Both the position numbers and the translations under genes were made by a program. Of a DNA stretch of 64,000 nucleotides, positions 9,696 to 19,394 are shown in pieces. Each line of letters starts with the position of its first letter. Positions within the stretch are counted from its first letter, which is position 1. The DNA comes from a virus (lineage: Duplodnaviria; Caudoviricetes): the IMG/VR virus record IMGVR_UViG_2565956830_000008, positions 20,953-84,952 of that record, one strand, 5' to 3'. Below the pieces are notes generated by a model, which saw only the letters and a program-made list of their open reading frames with translations, searched no databases and was not told the DNA's origin.

Positions 9696-9853
9696 CAGTT
9701 ACTTCCCTTGCTGACCTCGCGGACCTGGCGGCCGTCGCCACGCGCGGCCATGGCGTCGGCGGTCGTCTTGTACGGGGTGGGCCCGAACACCCGGTTCCCG
9801 GCAGCGTCAACCACCTCGTACTGCTTCTTGTTCTTCTGGCAGGCACACGGCAT
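9695..9853 (-). CDS. Small CxC-start protein (52 aa, MPCACQKNKKKQYEVVDAAG...)
   Basis: Read from sequence (below ORF-track cutoff); stop overlaps next ATG; resembles 9459..9695. Confidence 0.75.
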   Translation of the reverse strand: MPCACQKNKKQYEVVDAAGNRVFGPTPYKTTADAMAARGDGRQVREVSKGSN

Positions 9854-9856
9854 GGG

Positions 9857-12800
9857 TCAGTTCCCTTCCTGCTGCTGGGCAGCGGTTGCGGCGATCTCGG
9901 CGCGGAGGGGTGCGAGTCGCGCGGTGAGTTCTTCGAGTTCGGCGCGCGCGGCGGCTGCGCGCTCGGCTTCGCGGTCCTGGAGGGCTTGCGCGAACTGGTC
10001 GAGGAATGCGGGCTGGAGGAGTGCGGCGGTGACCTCGTCGACGGTGCTTGCGGTGAGCGCTTCGTCGCGGGCGCGGCCGTGCTCGGGTTCCGGCTCCCCG
10101 GCTGCGGCTCGCGGGGGTTCGCTGGCGGTGACCTCGTCGATGGCTGCCGCAGCCGCGGTGAGGGCGAGGTTCGACCGGTCGATGACCGTGGCAGCGGTCA
10201 GCGGCGAGGAGTGTCCCGGTACCGGCACGGACAGGACAGCGCGGAGCTGCCAACGCCCGTCGCTGCCCTGCGTCATGTGGTACGAGGGCTGGCACGCCTG
10301 GAACACGGTGCGATCCCACGGGGACAGCCAGGGTGCTGCCGCGCCGGAGAACCACAGGCCGCCCTCGTTCATGCCGACGGTGACGACCGCAGCAACGGTG
10401 CGCGTGTCGTCGAACTGGCAGACGGCGCTCTCGCACTCGTAGCCGTCCCGGTGATGGCCGACGTTCATCGTCATCGCACCGGCGCGGACCTCGCTGCCGT
10501 CGTCTAGGCGGAACGCGGCGCGAAGGAAATGGGAGAAGTCCAGTCCCCGCGCGGCGAGCTTCTCGATGGTGACCTTCCGGCCATGCGAGGCATGCGGTAC
10601 ACCCCGCTGCGCCACCCAGCCGTAGGCGCGGCCGTCGACGATGTGGACGCCGCCGCTCCCGGGCGGGAGTTCCTCGGGGGTGGGCTCGCGGAACCATTCG
10701 GCACGCATGGGCTGTTCGGCATGCATCACCTGCCAGGCGGAGGCGACGATCTGGGCTCCGCGCTCGTCGTACAGGGCGTCGAGTGCGGCAGATGCCGTCG
10801 CCTCATCGCTCCACGGCGGTTGGATCGTGTCATCGTCGAAGGCCTTCGCGAGCTTCTGGTACAGCGTCTCGACGCGGGACCTGACGGCCTTGCGGTCGTC
10901 GTCCGGGAGGTCGACGCCGCCCATCGAGCCTTCGAGGACATCGGCTGCCGCGTACACGCCGTCGGCGACGATCTCCAGGCGCTGCGTGTCGCCGTCGGTG
11001 AACACGTCCGCGAAGGGCAGCTTGTAGGCGCCGGCCGTGGCCGGGTCGGCGGCGTCATCGCGGTACAGGAAGCCCTGGCCCAGCTTGTCCGCGTCGACGT
11101 CGCCCTTGTCGTCGGTGGCCCAGGCGAGGATGCGGGACGCCGCCTTGCTGCCGTCCCAGGCTGCTTCCGCATCGTCGTGCACGGGCAGGTCCGAGTCACC
11201 GAACGCGGCGGCCGTGACCTCGCCCTCGGGCAGCGTGGAGGCACCCACGTACAGGCCCCGGGCGAGCCGTACGACGGTGCCAGCCTCGATGGCGCGGGCG
11301 AGATGGCTGTGGACCGTCTCCAGGGCCATGCCGAGCTTGTCGGCGAGGTGGCGGGGGCCGACCGGTGTCGGGGAGGAACGCACGTAGGTGACGAGCCGCT
11401 CGTGACTGTCACCCGAGGCGGCCACCAGTACGGGCGCGGACGCGGTCTGCTCGCCGGGCGGGTCGAGGACGATGCGGGCCTTGTCGTAGGCGGGCATCGA
11501 CACGAGGGTGGCCCCACGCAGGCGGGCGCGGGTGATCCTGACGAGGAAGTCCCCGGACTTCTCCTCGTGGAAGACGACGCCCTCGCCCGGGTCGGATTCG
11601 CCGGCGGCCGCGGTGAGCTGGTTGCCGAACACGCGGCGCGCGGTCGCGGCCGAGATGGTTCCGCCGGGGCTGGTGAACAGCATCGTCGTGCGGGCGCTGT
11701 GCGCCATTTCGACGCCCGACGCGGTCCACTCTGCGCGTTCCCGGCCGCTGATCATCCACGTGCCGTCGTCGAGGCGCATGACGCTGGCCGACGCGAACGA
11801 CGCTGCCAGGACCGGGATGTCGGCCTCGTCTTCGCCGGGGGTGGCGGTCGTGTCGACGAGTTGCACGTCCACGTCGTCCAGGTCCACGGACACACCGAGC
11901 GGGGCTCCCTGCTCCAGCAGGAGGACGGCGTCGAACCCGGCGGGCTGCGTCAGGTACAGGCCGCCGCTGCCGGTGATGTCGTCGCCTCTGCGGCCGAGCT
12001 TCTGGATCGACCCGGCCAGCTCGGCGCCGTCGTGGCCCTGCCCCATGGCTTCCGCGTACTGGAGCGGCCACGGCCCTGCACCGTCCCAGTACAGGGCGCC
12101 GCGGGTGAAGATCCTGCCGTCGCCGGTCTGCTGGTTTTCGAACGCGAGGGCGGCACCGTCGGGGGTGGACCAGGTACGGACCGGCGGCGGGGCTGTTTCT
12201 GCCTCTGCCTGGACGGGGGTGGCCATGGGGGGTTCCTCCTCTGCAGGGCCGAGCGGGATGTCGAAGTGCTCGCCGGCGAATGCGACGCGGACCCGGTCGA
12301 AGGTGACGGGGCCAACGCGCCCGACCAGGTCGTAGAAGCGCTCCGCGGCGGCGCTGTAGATCGCGGTCACGTGGGCATGCCACGGCGTGTGCTGCTCGGG
12401 GATATCGGGCAGCTCCGCGTAGGCGTCGGTCACGGCGTAGAGGGCGGCGACGTGCATGTCGTGCAGCGTCGGCGCGGACGGGTCGCGGTCCTCCCGGTCG
12501 TCGCCCATGTTCCACACCCACACGGGTTCGTCGCCGTGCGGGTTCCAGTGGGCGGCGCCGAACGCCCGCGCCGCCACAGGCGCGGTGCCCGCGTACTCGC
12601 GCATCGCCGCGACGAGGGCGGCGCGCTGCTCCTGGTTCCAGTCGGCGCCCTTGCCGAGGAACACGAGCGTGCAGTGCAGGTCCTCGGCCGACTCGCCACC
12701 ATCCACGGCCAGGCGCTGCGCGTCCTCCTCCGTAGGGAGCAGCGCGATCATCGCCCCCGTGTGCTGGGAGGCAGCGGCGGCCACTTCCCTTGGATTTGAA

Positions 12801-13615
12801 AATCCGGCCGTGGAGGCTTCCTGAGTTCCTGCGGCTGCGGTGCGCCGTTCTGGCGCCAATCGCAGGGTGCATCGGCAGTTGACGGTGAGCTGCGGCGGCG
12901 CAGTGGGGTCGCCGGGATAGTCCATCGCGACGCCGCCGACAGCGAAGGCCTCATCCAGCAGCCGCAGTTGACCGTTGACGTCCTTGTGGGTGTCGCGAAC
13001 CTTCGTGTCACGCCGGGTCAGCCACTGCTTGACGAGGGGCCGGTCCGGGCTGGTGAGGTCCTGCGCTGCGGCCAGCGTGGACGCGTTCCACGCACGAGTG
13101 GATTCGGTACGGGCGATGCGTTCCTCACGGGTCTCGCCGAGCTCGGCACCCGCACGGGAGAACAGGCCACGCAGCCGGGTGCGGAGCTGGTCGATGTCCT
13201 CGCCCGCGTCGCGGCCGGCAGCAAGCTCGGCGACGGCCGCCGCGGTGAGCCGGTCACCGACGGCGCGCAGCAGGTGCTCGGTGTCGGTGACGTACGAGCC
13301 GAGCGAGGCGGGCAGGTCGTCCCCACGGTCGTGCTGGCCTGGGAGGTCTTCCCACCCGTCGGGCAGCTCGGAGTTGACGTCGTCGGCGGCCTGGTGGGCT
13401 GCGGTCTCGGCGATCCCGAGGAGCCGCCGCATGATGCGCGGCACCCTGGCGGTCCACATGCGGCCGATCCGGGAGAGGGAGAACCGAGCGGCAACGATCT
13501 CGCTGGCGTCGCCAAGTCCCCTGCTGATCTCGGCCGCTACCTCGTCGAGGACAGCCCGCACTTCCTCGGCGACCGCCTGCTCGGCGGCCTGGAGCTGCTG
13601 TTCGACGTCAGCCAC
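9857..13615 (-). CDS. Head morphogenesis polyprotein: MuF + 2H phosphoesterase + capsid maturation protease with winged-HTH insertion
   Basis: RIARTE, KQW...VRDTH, NCRC (MuF); HCTL and HVTA (2H); TGDGR, GHDGA, GVSVDLD, GATLVSMPAY (protease-like); HTH LADKLGMALETVHSHL. Confidence 0.85.
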   Translation of the reverse strand: MADVEQQLQAAEQAVAEEVRAVLDEVAAEISRGLGDASEIVAARFSLSRIGRMWTARVPRIMRRLLGIAETAAHQAADDVNSELPDGWEDLPGQHDRGDDLPASLGSYVTDTEHLLRAVGDRLTAAAVAELAAGRDAGEDIDQLRTRLRGLFSRAGAELGETREERIARTESTRAWNASTLAAAQDLTSPDRPLVKQWLTRRDTKVRDTHKDVNGQLRLLDEAFAVGGVAMDYPGDPTAPPQLTVNCRCTLRLAPERRTAAAGTQEASTAGFSNPREVAAAASQHTGAMIALLPTEEDAQRLAVDGGESAEDLHCTLVFLGKGADWNQEQRAALVAAMREYAGTAPVAARAFGAAHWNPHGDEPVWVWNMGDDREDRDPSAPTLHDMHVAALYAVTDAYAELPDIPEQHTPWHAHVTAIYSAAAERFYDLVGRVGPVTFDRVRVAFAGEHFDIPLGPAEEEPPMATPVQAEAETAPPPVRTWSTPDGAALAFENQQTGDGRIFTRGALYWDGAGPWPLQYAEAMGQGHDGAELAGSIQKLGRRGDDITGSGGLYLTQPAGFDAVLLLEQGAPLGVSVDLDDVDVQLVDTTATPGEDEADIPVLAASFASASVMRLDDGTWMISGRERAEWTASGVEMAHSARTTMLFTSPGGTISAATARRVFGNQLTAAAGESDPGEGVVFHEEKSGDFLVRITRARLRGATLVSMPAYDKARIVLDPPGEQTASAPVLVAASGDSHERLVTYVRSSPTPVGPRHLADKLGMALETVHSHLARAIEAGTVVRLARGLYVGASTLPEGEVTAAAFGDSDLPVHDDAEAAWDGSKAASRILAWATDDKGDVDADKLGQGFLYRDDAADPATAGAYKLPFADVFTDGDTQRLEIVADGVYAAADVLEGSMGGVDLPDDDRKAVRSRVETLYQKLAKAFDDDTIQPPWSDEATASAALDALYDERGAQIVASAWQVMHAEQPMRAEWFREPTPEELPPGSGGVHIVDGRAYGWVAQRGVPHASHGRKVTIEKLAARGLDFSHFLRAAFRLDDGSEVRAGAMTMNVGHHRDGYECESAVCQFDDTRTVAAVVTVGMNEGGLWFSGAAAPWLSPWDRTVFQACQPSYHMTQGSDGRWQLRAVLSVPVPGHSSPLTAATVIDRSNLALTAAAAAIDEVTASEPPRAAAGEPEPEHGRARDEALTASTVDEVTAALLQPAFLDQFAQALQDREAERAAAARAELEELTARLAPLRAEIAATAAQQQEGN

Positions 13616-13814
13616 GGTTCACCTCCGGGTCGTCGGGGTCGTCGCATATCTCGCACAGGGCGTACGCGTGGCTCTTCGTCACCCCGGCCGGTGTCAGAAG
13701 GTGCAGGTTCGTGCAGGTGAGGGTGTACGCCTTGCACCTCGGGCACCATTCGGTGCGCGGGGGACCCATCACCGCGGTGATGGTGAGCGGCGTGCTGCGG
13801 GGGCGGGGGCTCAT
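13608..13814 (-). CDS. Small Zn-ribbon protein (68 aa)
   Basis: CPRC...CEIC; ATGA overlap with portal stop. Confidence 0.7.
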   Translation of the reverse strand: MSPRPRSTPLTITAVMGPPRTEWCPRCKAYTLTCTNLHLLTPAGVTKSHAYALCEICDDPDDPEVNRG

Positions 13815-15559
13815 GCCGCCTCCGTGAAGCAGGTCGACAGGCGCAGCAGCTTCTCGGTCTCGTTGTAGGTGTGCGCCATGCGGGCGGCGATCAGGGCGCG
13901 CGCGTAGTCGTCGAGGGCGTCGGTCAGGCAGTCGGCATTCATGCCGTAGCGGGCGGCGACTTCGGGGACACGCACCCAAGCGCCGTCGAGGAGACGCCAC
14001 GTGTCGATCATGTCGGCGTCGACCGGGTACACGGTGTGGACCTCGCCGGGGCGGATGTCCCGGGCTCGGGCACGTTCGGAGCGGGGGCAGGCGGGCTTGT
14101 TGCGGATGCGTTCCCCGGCGGCGGCGAGGGCGGCCCACATGAGGACGTCGACGGCCGCTACGAGGCCGTCGGCGATGCGGGGGCCGGCCGAGGCGGGCAG
14201 GGTGTCGGGGATGCTGGTCGTCTCACCTACTGGCAGCGTCGTCACGTTGCTCGGCGTCTCCTCGTCAGGGTTGTCGGCGGGCGCCTGGTCGGCGCTCTTG
14301 TTGCGGGCGGCCTCTTCGGCGGTGGGGGCGTCGGCCTCGTCGAAGCCGGTCTCTCGGCGGGCGGCGGCAGCGGAGATCAGGCCGGCTTGGAAGGCCTCAA
14401 GGGCGGTCTGGGCGCGGTTGGCCTGGACGCGGAGCTGGCTGGTGTCGTACCAGACGAGCCACTCGTCGGGGTCCTCCACGCCGTCGTCTTCGAGGAGGGG
14501 GCGCAGCCACTGGGTGGTCAGGGCGTGGCAGACGATCGCCAGGCGCGGTTCCACGCCGAGGCGGACGGCTTCCGCGCTGATGGCCCACGCTGACCAGTGG
14601 TTCGCGTCGGACAGGCCCAGCAGGATTTCGGCGGGGACTTCCAGGCCGTTCGCGAAGCGGCGGATCGCCTCATCGCGGAGCTTCAGCGCGAGCTCGTCGA
14701 AGTTCGACTCGAACGACAGCCACTTGATGTCGGCGATGACCTCGGAGGGCACTTCGAGGATGATCGGCACCGTCGCGGCGGCGCTGTCGGGTTCGCGGAT
14801 CGCGGTCGACGCGACGTCGAGGAACACTTCCAGCAGGTCGTCCTCTGCGTCGCCGCCCTGCCCCGGCGAGGTCGGGAAGCGCGTGCCCTTGGGGACGAGG
14901 AGCACACCGCGTCCGGTGATGCGGGAGCGGGCGATGGCGGCAACGGCCGCGTTGAGCAGCTGGAGTTCCTCCAGGAGGCCGAGGCTGGCGCGGACGGGGC
15001 TGTCGGCCTCGATGTGCCGGTCGGGGGACGGCTTCCACACGCGTATCGCGATCGGTGCCGTCGGGTCCGCGTCGGCGTTCGGATCGTACGGGGGGATCGC
15101 TATCTCTTCGCCTTCGATCTCGGCGACGAGTTTCCCTCCGCCCTGCGGCTTCACCTCGCGGGTGGACAGCACCCGCCAGTCGTAGCCATTGACCAGGTTG
15201 GTCTTGTCGACGGTGGGCTGGATGACGATCCAGCCTTCCCCGGCCACGACGAGGTGCGGGCCGAAGTCGCCGAGGATCGTGGACTGCCCGTCGGGGCCGC
15301 CCGCGATCTCTTGGACGATCTCCGACGCCGGGTGGTTGTCGGGGGCGCGTTCGATCGTTCCGTCATCGGCGCGGCGCCCGGCGAACAGGGTCGCGCCGGA
15401 CATGGCGTTGCCGACCCATGTGCCGGAGAAGCGGACTTCGGGGACTTCCTTGAAGAACCGCCACGCCTGTTCCTGCCATGAGGCGTTGGTCGTGCCCCTG
15501 CGAAGGTTGGCCGTCTTGACGCTGTAGCGGGCGGCTGCCGCGGTGAGCTGGCGGGGCAT
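13811..15559 (-). CDS. Phage portal protein
   Basis: 582 aa between terminase and MuF; WQEQAW...VPEVR, PAEILLGL..ANHWSAW motifs typical of actinophage portals. Confidence 0.87.
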   Translation of the reverse strand: MPRQLTAAAARYSVKTANLRRGTTNASWQEQAWRFFKEVPEVRFSGTWVGNAMSGATLFAGRRADDGTIERAPDNHPASEIVQEIAGGPDGQSTILGDFGPHLVVAGEGWIVIQPTVDKTNLVNGYDWRVLSTREVKPQGGGKLVAEIEGEEIAIPPYDPNADADPTAPIAIRVWKPSPDRHIEADSPVRASLGLLEELQLLNAAVAAIARSRITGRGVLLVPKGTRFPTSPGQGGDAEDDLLEVFLDVASTAIREPDSAAATVPIILEVPSEVIADIKWLSFESNFDELALKLRDEAIRRFANGLEVPAEILLGLSDANHWSAWAISAEAVRLGVEPRLAIVCHALTTQWLRPLLEDDGVEDPDEWLVWYDTSQLRVQANRAQTALEAFQAGLISAAAARRETGFDEADAPTAEEAARNKSADQAPADNPDEETPSNVTTLPVGETTSIPDTLPASAGPRIADGLVAAVDVLMWAALAAAGERIRNKPACPRSERARARDIRPGEVHTVYPVDADMIDTWRLLDGAWVRVPEVAARYGMNADCLTDALDDYARALIAARMAHTYNETEKLLRLSTCFTEAA

Positions 15560-15561
15560 GC

Positions 15562-15894
15562 TCAGCCGTCCAGCGTGTCATCGCGCCGGTTCAGCAGGGC
15601 CTGTACGCCGGCCACCGCGAACCACTCGACGCCGTGCACGATCCACGAGGTGTTCCCCCAGCTGCCGGTGGCGCAGAGGTACGCGAGGAGCGTCACGCCG
15701 GACAGCCAGAACCCGAAGCAGTAGACGCAGCTGATGAGCTGGAGGAGGAAGCCGCGGGGCTGGGAGTCGATTTTGCGGGCGTGCCAGGCGGCGAGCCGTG
15801 TCCTGGCCGGGTCGAGGATTGAGTCATGGACGCCGAGCTGTGTCGCCCTGTAGGCGGCAAATCCGAGCACAGCGAGCACGGGCAGAGAGATCAC
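15562..15894 (-). CDS. DUF1360-like membrane protein
   Basis: YRAT.L...D.I..P.R and LISCVYCFGFW; hydrophobic. Confidence 0.75.
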   Translation of the reverse strand: MISLPVLAVLGFAAYRATQLGVHDSILDPARTRLAAWHARKIDSQPRGFLLQLISCVYCFGFWLSGVTLLAYLCATGSWGNTSWIVHGVEWFAVAGVQALLNRRDDTLDG

Positions 15895-15934
15895 AGGCCG
15901 CCTCCATCAAGATCCCAGGTCAGGAACGGCGGCA

Positions 15935-15980
15935 AGGATACTGCGCGCGCACTGACCTTCAGTGCGCGCGCAGTGCGCAG
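15935..15980 (-). promoter_or_regulatory. Candidate late promoter of head operon
   Basis: - strand CTGCGCACTGC starting 40 bp upstream of TATCCT (-10-like); overlaps a 15 bp inverted repeat at 15941-15973; same geometry at 22109-22154. Confidence 0.55.
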
Positions 15981-16302
15981 TAGGCGGGCGGGATCAGAAC
16001 AGGGCGATCGTTTCGATGTCGCCCGCGTCGAGGTCTTCCGCCGTCAGCTCTAGCGCGGCGGCGACGCCCCTCCACCGCAGCGACCTTCAGGCTGTGGGCG
16101 TGCGGGGCGGGACAGATCCAACTGGCAGCACGTCCGCGACGGTGCTTGCATGGAGATTGAGCTATGCCCTCGTGTGAGCACCGAGGAAGGTCCATCTACG
16201 CGCTCACCTGCCCCGGCTTTCGGCGCCCGTTTGCAGCGCACAGCAGCATGCCGGACAGGAGCAGGTCTGCACGACGCAATTCATCAACCAGAGGTGGCAA
16301 CC

Positions 16303-16866
16303 ATGCCCGCGACCGCCACAAAGATCGACTCCACGTGTCATTCACCACTGTTGTTCATCGGGGGCGTGCTCTTGCGCCCGTCGGCCCCGGGAGCCCTCGA
16401 GCAGTTTCCAGACGCGAAATACGTACTCGGCGTGGACATTATCGGCCCGCCCGAGTACAGGGTTGTACTGGATAACCTCATGCTGTTCCTCACCATCACG
16501 GATCCCCCCTTGAACGCGGACGGGACCGGGGTGTTCTTCGTCCAGCATGCGGATACCGGCTGGCTTTGGGGCCTCCCCGTAAGTGACGCCACACCCCCAG
16601 GTATGGACGGCTGGAAGGAAGACCCGCACCAGCCGCATCAGCCCACGAGGCGACTGCGAGGCCGGAAGCTCCATGACGCGATCTGGTCGGGCCCCGCTAA
16701 CGGCTCGACCTACTGGATCGGCGTGAACGGCTTGAAAGACACGCAAACTTTGTCCTTCACCGCCTACCCGATGGCAGAGAAGGCTGTCGCTACCACGAGC
16801 GGATGCACTATCCAGATGACGGGCCTCAGCATCAACGAAAATCTCAACGGGACTTGGGGCGGTTAG
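16303..16866 (+). CDS. Hypothetical protein (moron, 187 aa)
   Basis: Opposite strand, visibly lower GC, GAGG RBS before ATG 16303. Confidence 0.75.
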   Translation: MPATATKIDSTCHSPLLFIGGVLLRPSAPGALEQFPDAKYVLGVDIIGPPEYRVVLDNLMLFLTITDPPLNADGTGVFFVQHADTGWLWGLPVSDATPPGMDGWKEDPHQPHQPTRRLRGRKLHDAIWSGPANGSTYWIGVNGLKDTQTLSFTAYPMAEKAVATTSGCTIQMTGLSINENLNGTWGG

Positions 16867-16887
16867 CCCCCAACAACCCCAGCCCGG

Positions 16888-17133
16888 TCAAAACAAAGAC
16901 ATCGCTTCAACGTCTCCGACATCTCCGTCTTCGGTCTCCACGAGCTGCAGCTGCTCGCCGGGCACCAGCAGGGGCACGATCGAGAGCGAGCCGGGGCAGG
17001 ACACCAGGGAATCGTCGTGCAGGCGGCGCCGACCGGGCGGGTCGTGACGCCACACACGGCCTTTGCCGGGGCGTCCGGCAACCATCCCGGCGGCGACCCC
17101 CCGGCCACAGCTTTCGCACTCGACACGCGGCAT
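16888..17133 (-). CDS. Small Cys/His protein (81 aa, MPRVECESCG...)
   Basis: CxxC...RH...CPGS pattern; downstream of TerL. Confidence 0.6.
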   Translation of the reverse strand: MPRVECESCGRGVAAGMVAGRPGKGRVWRHDPPGRRRLHDDSLVSCPGSLSIVPLLVPGEQLQLVETEDGDVGDVEAMSLF

Positions 17134-17201
17134 CTTCACGCCCACCAGTGTGCCCGGGACGGTGTATGCCGCCGCGCCCCGGACGGCCACGGCCGATGCC
17201 G

Positions 17202-18794
17202 CTACCGGCCGATACGGCGCCCGTACGGGGACGCCGGCCGGTTCGGCTGCACACTGCCCGGTATGCCGCTGCGGGCGCCGCCCTGGGGGGCCTGCGCGAG
17301 CGGGGCGTGGACGATGGCGCCCGCGTTGGCCTCCGGGATCAGCCCGTACACGAGGACACAGGAGGCGTCGATCCGGCCCGGCGAATCGGGGTCCGTGGGC
17401 TGCCAGGTCGACCACTCGCGTTCCATGTCGGGGAACAGGCCACGGAAGCGGACCTTGTCCTGCACCATCTGCTGGGCGATCGGCTCCGCCCGCAGCAACT
17501 TCCCCTGCTTGGCCCGCACCGGCAGGATCGCCGGCATGAGGACGTTCTTGGGTATCTCCTCGTCCCGCTGGAGCTTCTCCCACGACGTCTGGATCGCCAA
17601 CACACACATGTCCCGGCCGAAGTTCCACTCGACGTAGATGATCGACGCGTTCGTGCGGTACGCGAGCCGACAGGCGGCCATGGACCACTCGGCCGACGAC
17701 ATCGGCGCCGACACGTCGTCGGTGATCCACACGCGGCCGTCGTCGCCGAGGAAACCACCGATGACACCGGCAACGTCCCGGCCGCCACCCGACGGGTCGA
17801 TCGACACGGCGATCTTCTGCGGCTCCACGGGCGTGGTGGTGTCACGCAGCAGGCGCAGCAGTTCCTCGGACACAAGCGCTCCTTCACCAGGCTGGGGGTC
17901 GCCCTGGTAGAGGGCGTGCCAGTCCCGGACGATCGACGTTGCCTTCTTCTGCGCCCACCACGCCTTCAACCTGGCGACGGCCCGGCTGGGGATCTTCGGG
18001 TGGGGCAGCGGCTCCCCGGGCTCGCGGCCGAGCGGGTCCTCGCCGAACTTGGGGTCGGCGACCGCGGGGAGGTGGATCACCTTCCACCGGCCGCCGTCCT
18101 CGATGCGGCCCTCTTCCTGGATACGGCGCCCGGCGAAATCGTCGGGGTGCCAGCGGGTCTGGATCGCCACCACGGCGCTGCGGTCGGGCTGGAGGCGGGA
18201 CAGGGCCGCCGAGCTGTACCAGTCGTGCAGGGCACGCCGTGCGGCCTCCGATTCGGCGTCGGCGCGGTCCTTGTGCGGGTCGTCGATGATCAGAAGGTTC
18301 ACGTCGAAGCCGGTGAGGCCCTTGCCGACGGACACTGAGCGGCAGCCGCCGCCCGCGGTGACCTCCCAGTCCTGCATCGCCCCGGAGCCGGGCTTCATCC
18401 GCAGCTCCCACTCGTCGCCGTACTCCTCGACGTAGCCGCGGATCCTCTTGCCGCGCCGGAGCGCCAGGTCGTCGCCGTACGAGGTGACCGCGACCTTGTC
18501 CACGGGGAACGTGCACAGCCACCAGAACGGGAACCACTCCGCGACCGTCGTGCTCTTCCCGACCTGGGGCGGGGTCAGGATCAGCAGCCGGTCGTACTCG
18601 CCCCGCCCCACCTCGGCCAGCGCATCGCCGATGAGCTTCAGGTGCGGGCGCATCCGGAAGTTCCGGTCGAGGCCGCGGGCGAGCGTCACCGGATCCCGCA
18701 GCAGGTCAGCGCTCATCGCCCGGCGTGCCGCCTCCAGCTGCCGGTAGACCTCCTCGTCATCCTGGTGTGCCAGCTCGTCCACGGCCGTCGTCAC
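17202..18794 (-). CDS. terL: Terminase large subunit
   Basis: Walker A PPQVGKST, Walker B LLIIDD, QTRWH..D, nuclease SIDPS and terminal SPGRIDA. Confidence 0.95.
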   Translation of the reverse strand: MTTAVDELAHQDDEEVYRQLEAARRAMSADLLRDPVTLARGLDRNFRMRPHLKLIGDALAEVGRGEYDRLLILTPPQVGKSTTVAEWFPFWWLCTFPVDKVAVTSYGDDLALRRGKRIRGYVEEYGDEWELRMKPGSGAMQDWEVTAGGGCRSVSVGKGLTGFDVNLLIIDDPHKDRADAESEAARRALHDWYSSAALSRLQPDRSAVVAIQTRWHPDDFAGRRIQEEGRIEDGGRWKVIHLPAVADPKFGEDPLGREPGEPLPHPKIPSRAVARLKAWWAQKKATSIVRDWHALYQGDPQPGEGALVSEELLRLLRDTTTPVEPQKIAVSIDPSGGGRDVAGVIGGFLGDDGRVWITDDVSAPMSSAEWSMAACRLAYRTNASIIYVEWNFGRDMCVLAIQTSWEKLQRDEEIPKNVLMPAILPVRAKQGKLLRAEPIAQQMVQDKVRFRGLFPDMEREWSTWQPTDPDSPGRIDASCVLVYGLIPEANAGAIVHAPLAQAPQGGARSGIPGSVQPNRPASPYGRRIGR

Positions 18795-18797
18795 GGG

Positions 18798-19394
18798 CTA
18801 CGCCTCCTCGTCCTCGTCGTCGCTGCCGTCCACGGCCTTGATCCGCTGGTTCACCGACGCCGCCAGCTCACTCAGGCGGGCACGCCGCTGCTCCGGCGGC
18901 ATCTGCGCGAACTCGGCGAACTGGTGCGCCAGCGCGTTGGTGCCCTCGCTGGTGACGGCGATCGTCTCCGTGGGGTCACCGAACAGGACACGCCGGTGCC
19001 GCATCGCGACGTCCATCAGCCGGATGAAGTCACCGGCCGACAACTCGGCCGCGTTCAACGTCGTCAGCCGCTGCGCCAGCTTGCCGATCGCTGCGCCGAG
19101 GATCTTCGCGTCGGTCTCTGCGGCCCTGCGGCGCTCCTCCAGCCACATCGCCTCGTACTGCCGGTCCAGGTGCCGGTCGTAGGCCTCGACGCGCTCACGC
19201 CACCGGTACTGGGCGGCGAGGTTCCTCACGTGCCCGTACGCGAGTGTCAGCCTCCGTGCGGCTTCGGTCAGGGTGCGGGTCCTGCCGAGGTCCCTGTAGG
19301 TGGCGAACTGTCCGTGTTTGTGGGGGGTCTCGTTGGGCTGACGTTCCCACGGGTCGAGTTCGGGGCTCAGGGTGATGGGTGGACGGGTGCTCAT
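18798..19394 (-). CDS. Probable terminase small subunit (198 aa)
   Basis: WERQPNET...F..YRDLG..RTL HTH-like N-terminus, immediately upstream of TerL. Confidence 0.75.
   Translation of the reverse strand: MSTRPPITLSPELDPWERQPNETPHKHGQFATYRDLGRTRTLTEAARRLTLAYGHVRNLAAQYRWRERVEAYDRHLDRQYEAMWLEERRRAAETDAKILGAAIGKLAQRLTTLNAAELSAGDFIRLMDVAMRHRRVLFGDPTETIAVTSEGTNALAHQFAEFAQMPPEQRRARLSELAASVNQRIKAVDGSDDEDEEA

Noticed and set aside
3902-12799. Long + strand ORFs (3902..5962, 7146..9383, 10529..12799; likewise 26432..28825, 51360..53678)
   Set aside because: Antisense shadows of genuine - strand genes in high-GC DNA, with no recognisable motifs
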